A DNA stretch of 64,000 nt from Botryllus schlosseri (Eukaryota), in NCBI GenBank assembly GCA_051294905.1, contig CM119384.1, positions 18,972,001 through 19,036,000 on the forward strand, written 5' to 3'. A program made the position numbers and the translations under genes. Shown here piece after piece: positions 26,891 to 39,559 of this stretch (its first letter is position 1; the number at the start of each line of letters is the position of its first letter). The notes beneath the pieces were generated by a model, which saw nothing but the letters and a program-made list of their open reading frames with translations, made no database searches and was not told where the DNA came from.

Positions 26891-26942
26891 CAAAAAAGTG
26901 TTCCGTATTACTAAATAAATACAGTCCATCCTCAAGATTACC

Positions 26943-27210
26943 GGACCACGACTGACCTATCGACCTCGCTTCCCATGACATGCCGCCCTATTTCTTGTCG
27001 CTTATTTTCTAATCTATACTATCTTCTTTACTTTCATTCAGTGTGCATGCCTCCTCTTTACATCGCCTAGGCCAAGGTGGGTGTCAGATTCCATAGACTA
27101 CTCCTTGTCGCTTCGACATCTTCCTGTCTTTTCATTGTATCGGATTTTTTGTGGTGTATTGAACTGATAAAATTGCTAATAAACCAATGATGATGATGAT
27201 GATGATGATG
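26943..27210 (+). mobile_element. Probable LINE 3' UTR remnant ending in (GAT)n
   Basis: Homologous to the reverse complement of about 61700-61940 (shared cagtgtgcatgcctc, taggccaaggtgggtgtc, agactactcc). Ends AATAAA plus a GAT microsatellite. Confidence 0.6.
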
Positions 27211-27302
27211 ATATTGATGAAATTTAACACTAATGTGTCAACAAAATAACACATTGAACGCTCTCGTATTCGACATTTCGTGCTGGTGACGTCATATTTT
27301 GT

Positions 27303-27420
27303 GTTACGATTGTTGATATACGCTGTTCTTTTGAATTCTCTACTAGTTGCTGACGATTACCCCTGACGAGTGTCAGCCGAAAATATTCGGGTTCCTTTCA
27401 ATATGAATATATATACTACA
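27303..27420 (+). ncRNA. Mini-repeat with an intact minimal type I hammerhead ribozyme motif (core 27359-27392)
   Basis: ACCC-CUGACGA-GUGUCAGCC-GAAA-AUAUU-C/GGGU: 4-bp stem I, conserved core, palindromic AAUAUU stem III and a UUC cleavage triplet. Confidence 0.7.
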
Positions 27421-27892
27421 ATATACTATTCAAAACTTATGCTGCAAAACAACCTGCTGCAGACCTACGTTTTTTTCTTTTGATTTATGATGTCAATATG
27501 CATTAACATACAACCAATACTTTCATAGTCGAGGATTAGTCTCTCGATGTTCGAGGGTATCGAAAAGGACATGGAAATTCAATTTTGAACGCGACAAGGC
27601 CTACGACTCAGAAATATAAAAGTGTAGTGTAGTCATTTATGTTGCGCCGCTAGATATCACAAGAGAGCTATGCGTATCATTTAAAAAAAATATAGGATGC
27701 AGGAACTGAGCTAACGCATTCATCATCAATCTGGTATCGGGACGAATCACAACTCACTATCACAACTCACAACTCAGTACGTCTTAGACAATAATAAAAC
27801 CTCTAATGCACTGCAGATACCCTTAAGGATTCGGCCGGTATGGATCGGCCGCCTATATTGTGATATAATGCGATTCGATTGTTGATATACAA

Positions 27893-28950
27893 CAGTGGTT
27901 CCCAACCTTTTTGTCTTCATTCCCCACTTCAGATTTATTCCGAGCCTTCATTCCCCACCAGGACTGTAACAGCACTTTGTTAGCCCCGCCATAAAAACTT
28001 TTGTATTGGGCCACCAGAACCCCCTCAGTCCCGCCTGTACGCTTTTCCCCTGCAACTTATCAGCTACATTTGGTGTACTGTTCAGTGAGTCACCCTATTT
28101 CGACTAAACGCGCGAAGCGCGAAAAATTTATATAATTCGTGTTTGATTCGGTCAATATGATCGGGAATTGCATAATTTTGCTATCAATTTTTGATCCCCT
28201 CTCTGCTTACGTAATCAGATTTACCGGTACAGCTGAGTGTGTTGGAAAAGGTAGGACCCCTAAATAAGAATGGAACATCTTCGGGCGGACCCGTTGGTAT
28301 ATTGACTTCGTTATATTATGCTATTCCGTGACCTCCTATATCTGCTATGTCAAAAGATATGGAAATCGCCAAAACTAAAAAGCACACACGGTTTCAAATT
28401 GGTATTGCTTTACTGGCAAATAATTTTACCCTGCGGGATGGCATTTGTCCTGTGGGGCTCACATCGCCAAGACAGGAACATTCGGCGCCAGCCATTTAGC
28501 CAATTGAACATGTATATTGTATATATATCGAAGTTGTGGGTCACGACAAGGGCATTCCTTCTCGGCTAAGGTCTTCTCGCTGCTGATCGTTCTGGCACAC
28601 TTCTCGGAGCTGCATGTTACGTGGCCTATAACTTCATATGCCTTGGTGCGTCGTGGCGCAGTAATAGCCGAAGCCGAAGTCTCCATTTCTATAAATTCTA
28701 CGTATTTGAAAAACTGGCATAAATTTCAAAAGATAATTTAATATATGTTAATTCACGAAATAAATTTCTGCCCCTTTGAGCTCCCCCCCCCCATTGGGGG
28801 GTTTGGGGTGCGGCAGTTACGGTGCTGTTCCCCTCTACCCAGCACTTTTGTCATCACAGAGCAGCTATTTGCTGGTTTGACTACACAAGACACACAACCA
28901 CACCAGCACGCAAGACAATCGCCTATAACTGCAACATAAAACCTATATAT
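27893..28950 (+). mobile_element. hAT/Charlie-type family C copy hosting a family B insertion
   Basis: 27893-27958 and 28828-28950 are colinear with 904-1080. Confidence 0.75.
27959..28827 (-). mobile_element. hAT non-autonomous family B, reverse orientation
   Basis: Termini CAGGACTGTAAC...GTTACGGTGCTG and TSD TTCCCCAC/TTCCCCTC (7/8). The empty site TTCCCCAC is seen at about 962-969. Confidence 0.87.
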
Positions 28951-29348
28951 TAGGGATACCATATTTTGGAATCGGGAAAGGAGGACAATTTTTCAAAATT
29001 TTTAGACTTAGAATACCGGAGGAAAATATTGAAAAAATGGTTAATTTTTCCCACTTCGTGGTCGGTTGACTAAAAAAGGTCAAGTTTCTGGCTCAGTGCC
29101 CAAATACAGTTTCACATTATCAGGTGGTTGACTAAAAAAAGGTCAACTTTCCGGATCAGCCCCCGAAATAGCCGCCGGAGCGTTACTTCAGTGCTGATTT
29201 ACTATATATCAGTCGAATTTGCCCTACATTTCTAAAAAAAAATAGGACAAGATCTAAAAAAGGAGGACATTTAGGCGACCTCGGAGGACATTTTCAATAA
29301 CCTAAAAAAAGAGGACAAATCCTCCTAGGAGGACGTATGTTAACCCTA
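28951..29348. mobile_element. hAT MITE family A, complete
   Basis: TIRs TAGGGATACCATA and TAGGGTTAACATA (rc), perfect TSD CTATATAT (28943-28950, 29349-29356), and GAGGACA subterminal repeats. Confidence 0.9.
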
Positions 29349-31648
29349 CTATATATTGGGGCTAGTTGCAACATTAATTCACCCAGCAGAGATCCTAATG
29401 TGCTTTAACGGGCTTCATTCCAATCGGAAATTGAGTGAATTCTCAAGTCGAGGGAATTCCCAATGAGCACTGAGCACACGACTCGCCATTAGTATCGCTC
29501 GATTCCCTGCCCAGGCGTGGCCAACCTTTTTGCGATTCACTCGCCGCACTGTCATTATTTGTATACTATACTACCGCGTTCCAGCGGACAGTCGTAATGT
29601 ATATGTAATGTCCAGTAATCTCGCCGAAATCTACCGAAATCCCGAGTATTAATCTTCGAAAATGTATTGGAATTCGTTCTCTATAGTCGCGCAAAGCGCA
29701 AAAATGTTAGCAAGACATGTCAGCAATGTCACCTTACTATACAAATATCACATGACAGAAATACAAGATTATCTGAGATTTCAGCATCCAGTTAAGTCGG
29801 CATATCAATAAAGAAAGCATCCGGTCATATCCGTAAAACTAGGAACGTACTGTTAATCCTCATAATTTACGTTTATCCGTCGATACCTTCACGCAAAGAT
29901 ATGATGCAGATTTGCAAAACCAAACTTCCTAGCAGCAGACCGGCGATTTTCGCCAGTTTCAGTGGAAGGCATATGGGTGCGATACGGGCTAAAATTGTAA
30001 AGCAAATTGTCAAATTGAGGATGAAACGTTCCCTCCGTTATTGAAATCCACGAGATTCCGTTGTACAGATGCGAGACCCCGATGATGACAGACGACCATC
30101 GGCCGCGTCGGTCGCTCTGTACTTTTCATAAATATCTACTCCAATCTCTCCGTTATCGGACTACGTCACTCGCACTTCGCGGAAACGGGCCGCGCGGTTC
30201 ATTTCGTAAACAATTGCGCAATCGAATTACGGCTGACGGGCCATCGGTCACTACAACGAGCATCAAGTTGATCGTCACCGTTTGAACCGAAGCTCTCGAA
30301 ACGCCGCGGAGAATCGTAGGGCTACGTCACGTCTTCCATGTTTGACGGCTATCTTCAGACTATGCGGCGCTACAGACCTATAACACAGTGCTAATTATTG
30401 GAAATTATTACAATCGCAGCCTCAAAAGTTCCATAACTGATATGATTAATAGAGGAGAACCCACCAATCGAGCCACCATCGAGTCAAAATCATACAATTC
30501 AAATATAGTTATTGTGTAATGGGTATTTTTCAATATTTGCGTTATTTATCATCGGTCTGCTACCGAGTGCATTCCCCAGTCCCCACACTATAGGCCTACA
30601 CTGCAACGTAATATTTTTTTAACGTGCCATCGTGTATTTTTCATCGATTGCATTTTATTGGCAAACACAACGGTATTGCAGAGCGGCTATGAATGTCACC
30701 CTTACTGATGATCATTGATCATGTGTGTTCAAAATGCGATTTCAGATTTTGTTACAGATGTTTGATACCGTAGGGTTTCTTGACCCTGTGGCTGCGTTGC
30801 TAATTCACAGTCACGGTATTGAGACGAACGCTCGTAATATATATTTCGGTCTGGTTATCTTCAGTTTGCTATTGGTTTTTAGCCCGGAATGATTTGACTG
30901 CGTAAGCCATTTGCCTAGATATACGCCATTAGACGTACAATAAGCGATGATTGCATTCACTATACTTTTACACTCTGCTCTACAGACTATCTTCGCCGTC
31001 GGGCCACAGGGGGATATCTCATTCTGAAATAGGTTTACAGTGTATGAAAGCACTGCCCTACCGTAATCAGTTACGAATATCATGCAATCAATCACACTGT
31101 TGTGTATCTCGTTTTATACACTCTGTTTATTATAGGTGAGTTCGTAAGTGTTGGTATAGATGAGCGTTAGATCCTCACAATCACGATCGTAATCAGCGGC
31201 TCTAATTCCTATGCAATACGATATACAGGACACAAATCCTCGAATACAGACCGCTTTACAAAGGATGCATGCGAATTCAATCCTTACTTACTTGTGTAAA
31301 GGGAAACGTGAATCTATAAGAGACCATACATGGAAGCTATTACAAGTCTTTAAAGTATCTAGTTTCGTGAATAATCATCGGTAAACATTGAAATGACGCA
31401 GTGTTATGCAGAATAAGCTGTACAGTATACTTCACATACAGTATACAATACATAGACGCCGCTTTGTCAAGTCCGCGTGTCGTCCGCTCGCGAACCGCAC
31501 TCCTGTAATCAAGAATGTTTATTTCCTGACCCCATTTCACATCTGGTTGCATAGAAACCGAAATTTGGAATCGTGACGTGTCACACCGTGAATTCATACC
31601 CCCGATATCATTATTGATCGTACTTAGTCATCCCCACTTATCCTGCAA

Positions 31649-33003
31649 CATGGCCTACTAAAAACACGGCCTTACAGTCTGCCTATTGACCTGAAAATTA
31701 AGAGGCCTAAAGTCAACTTTCCAACCCTTACCAGCTGTGCACTCAATTGGTCAGAAAATGCGATATTGCCATAATGAAAAATCAACAGTCCCTTTAGTCT
31801 TGTTCGCAAACAGCTCAAAGATGGCATAGGGAACATTTCCAAAAGTGTCTTGTACGCTTGGCAAGAAATAGAACGTAAAAGCAAGCAGTACCGGATCATA
31901 GTGCTAGATGATGCCAGAGTATTTCCAGCCTTGTGGTATCTTAGATTACGCAGCTCCTCTAAAATATCTACTTCGGTATCCGGATCAGTTAGACTATCCA
32001 AATAGCTTTGGAAGTTTAGTAGCTCGCATTTCCTTTTGAGCAGAGTATTCTTGCTTGTGCGGAACCATGTTGGTAAAGGCACAGGTATCCCATTATGTTG
32101 CATCAGCACGCTGCACCCTCAATTGACGTCAATTTTCATGGCATTCTTGATTTTTGGAAAGCCTTCCAAACATAGCTCATAGTACATAACATGGTGATCC
32201 CCTGCTTGAGACTTTGGCAGATTTCACAGTAGTATATCTAAAAGTACACCTATTAACTACACTAGAAAATGAATATTAACAAATCAGCCTATAAGTATAT
32301 ATCACTTTAAAATAGTATTCCGCCACAGCACCATATCCAAGCCTTGCAACAATTAATGAAATTCTATAGAAACAGTTACAATGAACATGCCTTCGTCATC
32401 ATAAATGTCTTAGAACCAAAGCTACCAGTTATACAATTCGTGAAATAGACTACCGTATCCAAGACTATGTTTGCGAGAAAGCAGATTATGATACTACAAT
32501 GGAGCCGTTCGAACACGACGTTCTTCGCGTCAACTTGAACCGCTGGCACTGTCGAGGAACCGTAACCTGATTGCCAACTAACCTATCAAATGATAATACT
32601 GACCCTTAGCTCGTGAATATACTCTAGACAGCGAAAGAAACAAGTGCAATGCGACGAACAACAACACACGGCGCAACCCGCACAACTGCAAATGTCTTGA
32701 CTTCTTCAACAACAAGAACAACAACTACAACTGTATTCATCCGCACGAGTTTTTGCAGTGATATCAGTGGGTTATCCACCTGACTAGCAGCTCTTTTGGG
32801 ACTAAAATGATTGTTTCCGTGTTAAAACGATATTCCATCATCTTAACACATTAAATCCTGGTCAGAATCCACTTGTGGTTTTGACTTGCGCGCTACTTAC
32901 CATCTGCGTAGGTATAACCGTGAGATTTACACTGTTTCGGAGCTGGCCTCTTAATTTTCAGGTCAATAGGCAGACTGTAAGGCCGTGTTTTTAGTAGGCC
33001 ATG
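31649..33003 (-). mobile_element. P-superfamily DNA transposon, internally deleted derivative
   Basis: Perfect ~59-bp TIRs starting CATGGCCTACTAAAAACACGG and a perfect 7-bp TSD CCTGCAA (31642-31648, 33004-33010). Contains a P-like transposase remnant. Confidence 0.9.
31789..32217 (-). pseudogene. P-element/THAP9-like transposase fragment with an in-frame stop at 32119-32121
   Basis: GFPKIKNAMKIDVN*GCSVLMQHNGIPVPLPTWF...ILEELRNLRYHK...SSTMIRYCLLLRSISCQAYKTLLEMFPMPSLSCL resembles, from memory, the region of invertebrate P transposases just upstream of the catalytic domain. It is truncated before the DDE residues. Confidence 0.75.
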
Positions 33004-33794
33004 CCTGCAATAAACAGCAGCATGTTCTAAGGTTTGGCACTACTTAACGAATCGCCTGTTTAATTCTTATTTTTTTGAATTCATAGTCCCGTCCAGATTG
33101 CGAATTTGTTTCCCCAAATTTCCCAGATCTTCTCGAAATCCCTTTCAGAAGCTTTTCAGAGTTGCGGGTGATATCGTATCGGCGCCATGTAGCACAGGAA
33201 AAAGAACTTACAGACTTGTAGCGCTACAATTGGTTCTCGAATCTACATGGCGAGTCTTTCCGATGCTCAGTCGCAAATTATCTGGCACATTTCCTGATTA
33301 TTTCTTGATTTTTTTCAGAAAAAAGGGGGTCTTGTCATTCAGATGAACTCAATTTGGTATAATCATGCAAAATGTCGAATGCGTTGTATAGTTTGTATAT
33401 GCTTATTATACTACAGCTTCGACAAACCCGACCATTAACAATAAGAACTGTGTAATATTCTCTAAAGCAGACGGATATATCATCATCATCACATAACGCC
33501 GGTGATATCACAGACAACACTTGCATTATACTGATTCGCACTTCCCAACTGCGAAATGAAGATCGATTGCAGTAGAGTAGAATGAAAACCGTTAAATGAC
33601 ACCCAATATCAGATGTCTGATGGAAAAGCAGTCTGCTCGACGGGAAACAGTGCATCAAAAATACAAGCTATGACGAAGTTATCTATTATATTATAATATA
33701 AGTCATGGATATGACAGTTCAGAAGTTTCAAATTGCCCAAACAAACTCGTAATCAATGACATATGTTTTCATTTGCAATAATCATATCGACAAG

Positions 33795-34306
33795 TAGGGC
33801 TGGGCGCAATGATTCGAGTACTCGAATATGAATCGAGTATTCATTTTAATGATTCGAGTCGAGTAGTAAAAGGTGAGTTTTTCGAGTACTGAAATTATAC
33901 GCTCCTCGCAACTGAAAGTTAATTTACTAACAATAGAATTATAGTTTTGATACTATTGAAATCTTGAAATCTTGATTGGCCGTGTCGCAGCATACGAGAC
34001 ATAGTACAAAGCTACGAACGTTACTGGAAATAACACATTATCGAAGTCATCATTATCCCACAACATTGTCAAGAAGTGCAATGAAATCGGTATTGTCGAA
34101 AAAATACCAAAGTAGGCTATATTTAATGTGACGGATAACTGACATTATGTTCTTTGTGGTGGCATAAAAAGTACAAATTTGAACTTTGATATTTTGCATT
34201 CTGTTGTGACGTCATAATGAGTGATACTCGAATACTCGACTCGACTCGAAGCGTAATACCTGATTCAGAATCGAATTACGCAGGTACTCGATTTTGCCCA
34301 GCCCTA
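33795..34306 (+). mobile_element. hAT MITE, TAGGGCTGGGC family, copy 1
   Basis: TIR TAGGGCTGGGC, perfect TSD TCGACAAG (33787-33794, 34307-34314), and TCGAGTA subterminal repeats. Confidence 0.92.
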
Positions 34307-37300
34307 TCGACAAGTACCACATACGGACGCTTTCAGTGACACTGAAGCAGGTGATATGGAACACACGCTCAATACCGATATGGATATAGCCACTGCATAA
34401 ATAAGATACTTTCTCCAATGACAACTGATCCATGACAATTCCTCATATTCAGGGATATGATCTTATGTGCAATGCCGACGTCTTTTGTAGTCACCAAGTA
34501 AACGGTCATGATGATGTTTACGGAGTGTTGATTAAAATCACGCCCTTCTCTGAATTGGCCGTAATAACAATCCATTGGAGCGTATAAACGTGAATGTAGG
34601 ACAAAAAATTACGTCAGGAACCTAAGCGAAATATGTTTTGTATCGTCGTGTATTGACCGGTTAATCTAATCCGCATGTCTCACATATGTGAGTGTTCGCG
34701 ACTCATGGACGTGTAAACGAATTCGTAACGTGAGAGCCTTGTATATGACAGTTTCTCTTAAGTCTATGTATGGAAAATATATTTGAGCCATGTATGATAT
34801 ATAGTCGGTCACACATACGTCGCTTGTGTCGTATATTTTTCAGCATTATAGCCTCGATCCGTCATTGGAATTCACAAGTTGCGGTTAAGGAAATTTTTCA
34901 AGTTGACAACGCAGTGAATACGAGTAGGCGATGTACAATATAATGACCGGCACCCTTCTATGAGTGTAAAGATATAGTAATATTGTCATGAAGTATCCGG
35001 GTATGATACTTGAGTAGTACCAGGGCCTACGGCAGTAGGCTACTAATTTCCGGTTTGCCGTATATTTATCCTGTCCTAATCGATAAAGATGAATTTCCGA
35101 TCATCTCCGGAACTCGAAATAAAACTATAGGACATTGGACTTGAACTTCAATCGTAAATCATTATTAATCGAATAAAACTCATGAATTAGATTAAGCTGA
35201 AATTTACCATTAAAATCTGCATTAAAATGACGTTGATTTGGAAATTTAAAAGTGAGAAAACGCAATTTTACTGTCTCCAAAATGTGAAAGAAAATATAAT
35301 TTGACGCATCCCTATGCCTGCTAAAATCTGGGATTTATATCGTGAAGCTTTTAGACCAGGCATTCCGCATGAAACAATATTTCATCACCCAATCTATAAT
35401 TCTTCACGGTCATGGTCAGGTCATGTATTGCCAATGTATGGAATCATACCACGTCGAAATTTTATCTACACGGGTTACCCGCCAAATTCGATATATTTTT
35501 CATTGGTTAGAGCTGTTATCTTCTGACTTTGCTCCTGGTCTAGTCCCGTGTCATCTTCATCAGTATTACATGGCATAATCAAAATATTCTGGTATGCGGA
35601 AGAAATACAGGATCGTATATTGCGTCATCTGCTTTGCCCGTCGAAGCACGAGATTATACTCGTGGTGACGCAACACAAGATCATGAAAGTTGCATGGCTC
35701 GAATGGGAAACATGTATAATGCATAAGTCATGGGCGAATATACTAATTACTTTTGATAGCTTTTCTGCTTGTTCTGCTGATATCAGTATATATGGCAGCT
35801 GCTTTCGAAAAAAATTGATGTTCAACAACTATCACAAAACGGGGTCTATAGCAGCTTCGGGTATGCAGGAGATAACCTGCGCAGTGCGCACGTATGGTCA
35901 TTGGTCAATGGTCATGACGACCACGTACTGTAGGTAACATGTCTTTTGCCGAATCATCGCGTGGACATTTCAATGTGTTGTGTATTCCTCTTTTTCACTA
36001 TAGTTTTCCGAGTTTTGTGGCGATCTGTGTAGGCTAAGGTGGAAACTCGATTGGTTGACGTCAACGATTGGTTTCAACTTCTTTCCTTCTTTTAACTGTA
36101 TTGAAATTCTTGATGTAATTTGAAATGATAAAATGCATAATAAATGATCATGATAATTGAAATGTACATCCGCCCGCCAGTACCCGAGTGTATTCGTGCC
36201 CGACCGGAGTCATCATGTTGATCTTTGTTATTTGTTTACTCTCTGAAGTTTACCCAACTATGAGCTTTTGAAACTTTGAACCTGTACTGCATGACAAACG
36301 TAAGATGCAATAATTCATTCAACAAACATTACTATACTAACTATACATGCTGCTTGTACCTTGGTGATGTCGCACGTCAAATTGTAAACATATATACCGT
36401 GTCGAAATGCGTGATTGTTTTAACCTATAATAAGGTAATTTATGCTAGGACCTAATATGACCTGGTTGGTTTGATTCAATGCAAGACATCAACGTCCGCT
36501 TGGGCATTGGGCAATGACAAAATGTAGACTGTTCTACGTACGAGCGGTCAAATGTAACTTGATCATTTTGACTTTAATATCAACACGCCCGCTAGACTTC
36601 CTCATCCGCCTCAGAAAAGAATTATCGATGCATTTGATGATTTTGATGTATACGTTCACGTCATCCTTTTATGATTTATGTCCATTTAAACAGTTGGTTC
36701 GTGGTACAGAACTTGAAGATAATTTTCAATACAACATCCATTGCACCCGAAAAGTCTTCGAGTTGAGAGAGAGAGAGAGAGAGGTAGGAGGGAGATGTGT
36801 ACGCAACTGCGTCGACGATTAACAGGAGCAAACGATAGTGGTTGTGAATATGATATCTGTACACACAACGCGCTGAACGGCATTAGATTTTAAAAATGTG
36901 ATGTTGTTATAGGCAAATGAATTTCCTGCCACATTCTGACTCGTGCCATTACAATATTCCAAGGGTGAGAAGGACAATGCCCTCGCAGCGTTTCGTGACG
37001 TTGAATACTGGTGCTTATCCTGATCTGCAGTACATGCGTTTCACGTGACGCGTATGATCTCAGAGCGTATTTATGCTATTTCAAGGAACGAAAATCGTTT
37101 CTAGCCCATATATGGTTGTAATATAGAGTCATCGGAGGAAATCGAAACCACAAGTGCCGACTTGTGGTCGAGTGTTTGGCAACCGCCTATCCCCAATCAT
37201 GGATTATTGCTTTATCAGATTTCAACATATGATTTGGGTGATTCATTGCTTGAAAGCAATCCGCGCGAAATAAATTAGTATCGACAGTATTGCTAAGAAT

Positions 37301-37718
37301 ATGTCTGGAATTATGCACGGAAGACTCATGACATAGCCGTATCCATCACAGAGAAAATTACGATGGCTATGTCAGTTGTGCCACACGCGTAACTACTCAC
37401 TTACTCAGCATAGAACCTACTTAACGATAACGAAAACAACTGCACCGTCTATCTATTGAATCGCGAATTCTAAATGTTACAATACGCTGCTCATAACTAT
37501 GTAGGCCTACTACCGTAGATCGATTAATTGTTTTCATCATAAACATGATATATTTAATAATAATGTATTTATCTTTATTGCATGAAGCTTTACGAGATGA
37601 CACTGAGCATGGGTTACCTATAATACGAGCATTCAAACATATCGGTATCGCTACTTACGGCGTCTCACAGACTAATATTATAATCTAATGCAGACACGAG
37701 CAGGACTGTGTCAAACAG

Positions 37719-38216
37719 TTGGGCTGGGCAAAATCGAGTACCTGAGTTATTCGATTCTGAATCACGTATTATGCGAGTATCGCTCGTTATGACGTCATAA
37801 CAGAATGGAAGATGTCAAAGTTCAAATATTTACCTTGCATGCCACCCGAGAGAATGTAATACCTCTTATCCATCACATTAAAGATACTTAGGTATTTTTT
37901 CGACCTTACCCATTTCATTGCACTCGGTGACAATGTTGTGGGATGGTCAGGACTTCGGAAATGTATTATTTCCGGTAACGCTACTCATAGCTTTGTTCTA
38001 TATGTTTCGTATGCTGAAATACGGTCAATTAAGGTTTGAAGGCTTGCACAGTAGAAAATAGTGCCGAAACTATAATTCTCATCGATACATAACTTTCAGT
38101 GGCGAGGAGCGTATAATTTCAGTACTCGAAAAAATCTTCTTTTACTACTCGACTCGAATCATTGAAAATATTACTCGATTCAGATTCGAGTAGTCGAATC
38201 ATTATGCCCAGCCCTA
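37719..38216 (-). mobile_element. hAT MITE, TAGGGCTGGGC family, copy 2 (inverted)
   Basis: Homologous to the reverse complement of 33795-34306. Perfect TSD TCAAACAG (37711-37718, 38217-38224). Confidence 0.92.
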
Positions 38217-38544
38217 TCAAACAGCGTATTCCGCTATCAATCAAATCCTACAATTCGTGATCCGTTGGCATTCGCATATAATCAGACCGTGGCTCAAAAT
38301 TCTCTCATCGGTAAGCCCTTGCTTGATAACCCCCGACACGTGCTGCCAATTATCGAGAGGTTCTCTATTTTGGCAATAGGTAGCAATATATATCATTTGT
38401 CTTTTGTCGAATTCACCGTCACTAATTTCAACCAAGTCTATGCCAACAAAGAGAATTTGAATATAATACTCATAATGAAATAAACCCGTAAATTTCCGGC
38501 TCACGCTTCGTTGTTAAACAAAGTTTTTGCATGTTCGCCTTTGA

Positions 38545-38582
38545 GCTGATGTTAACCCTTGGCGAGTGTCAGCTGGAAAAGT
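38545..38582 (+). repeat. Highly degenerate fragment of the hammerhead-motif mini-repeat
   Basis: gctgatgttaacccttggcgagtgtcagctggaaaa resembles gctgacgattacccctgacgagtgtcagccgaaaa. Confidence 0.45.
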
Positions 38583-39559
38583 TAAGCGTCTCTTTGATAT
38601 GATATATCGTGCAAGGAGTCATTGATGAGATTGATGCCACCTATAGCCAGCCGTGCCCACGCTATAGGCAAGATTGAGATACTTGACTGTTACTATTCTG
38701 ATTTGAGTTTATTGTAATCTCGAAGCTCGAGTCGAGTCCCATATTAACGTGCGTGCTGGTGCTGTACTTAGAAAATCATCGTAATGCAACAATTATTCAT
38801 TTCCATGGCCACGAAATTGCTACGCGAATACTGCCAGGAGGCGTCGTGGTAATCGATTAAGATGACAAATCACGGTAATCCCATGTCTGATTACAGCAGA
38901 TTTCAAATATTTCCGCCCATCAATCGTTTGAATAACAATTATTCCATATATAATTCAGCACTCAATAAAGAAGTCACAGATCACGAAAACGTGCACGGGA
39001 CTTCAAGACTGTTTTGGTTGGTAGGTCTCGTCACAATCTATATTTATGCTTCGAAAGCGGTCGATATATAGTAACCTGAACTACACATGACACGGTGCAA
39101 ACGTTAGGTTCACGTTCGTGCTCGAACCTTGATAATAATGGATAATAACCTTCATAATTCTGAGGTTTACGTGTGCAATTGAAACTTCGTAGGTTCTACT
39201 CGCGGATACAGACCTAGTTTTAAATGATTCTTGGTCTCAGTGAACATATTTGTGAAATATCAGATCAAAATCCTTGGATTTAAAGTTCATATCATATACT
39301 CAGTATCACGATTGCAGCAAATTCGGGACTCTGATGACTCTATAAGCATATCGGCAATATTGGATGCGATGCCTTGGATCTGGTAGAATTCTACCAAAGA
39401 GTTTTCAGAACATCGCGTTTTAACAAATTTTGCTCAGCACATCATTATGAGTGAAATCGAATTGCAACAAGTAAAATTTGACTGATGACTGGTAGATCGG
39501 CAATATATTATACAGACATGGACAGAAAGGTGTACTCAAAATGCAATGCTACTCCGTAT

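Noticed and set aside
25615-28962. Cluster of 60-100 aa ORFs on both strands
   Set aside because: All lie within non-coding family B repeats, and the frames are not conserved between the two copies.
32620-32750. Cysteine-rich, metallothionein-like minus-strand reading
   Set aside because: It is an artefact of (TGT)n low complexity, has an internal stop and lacks a start codon.
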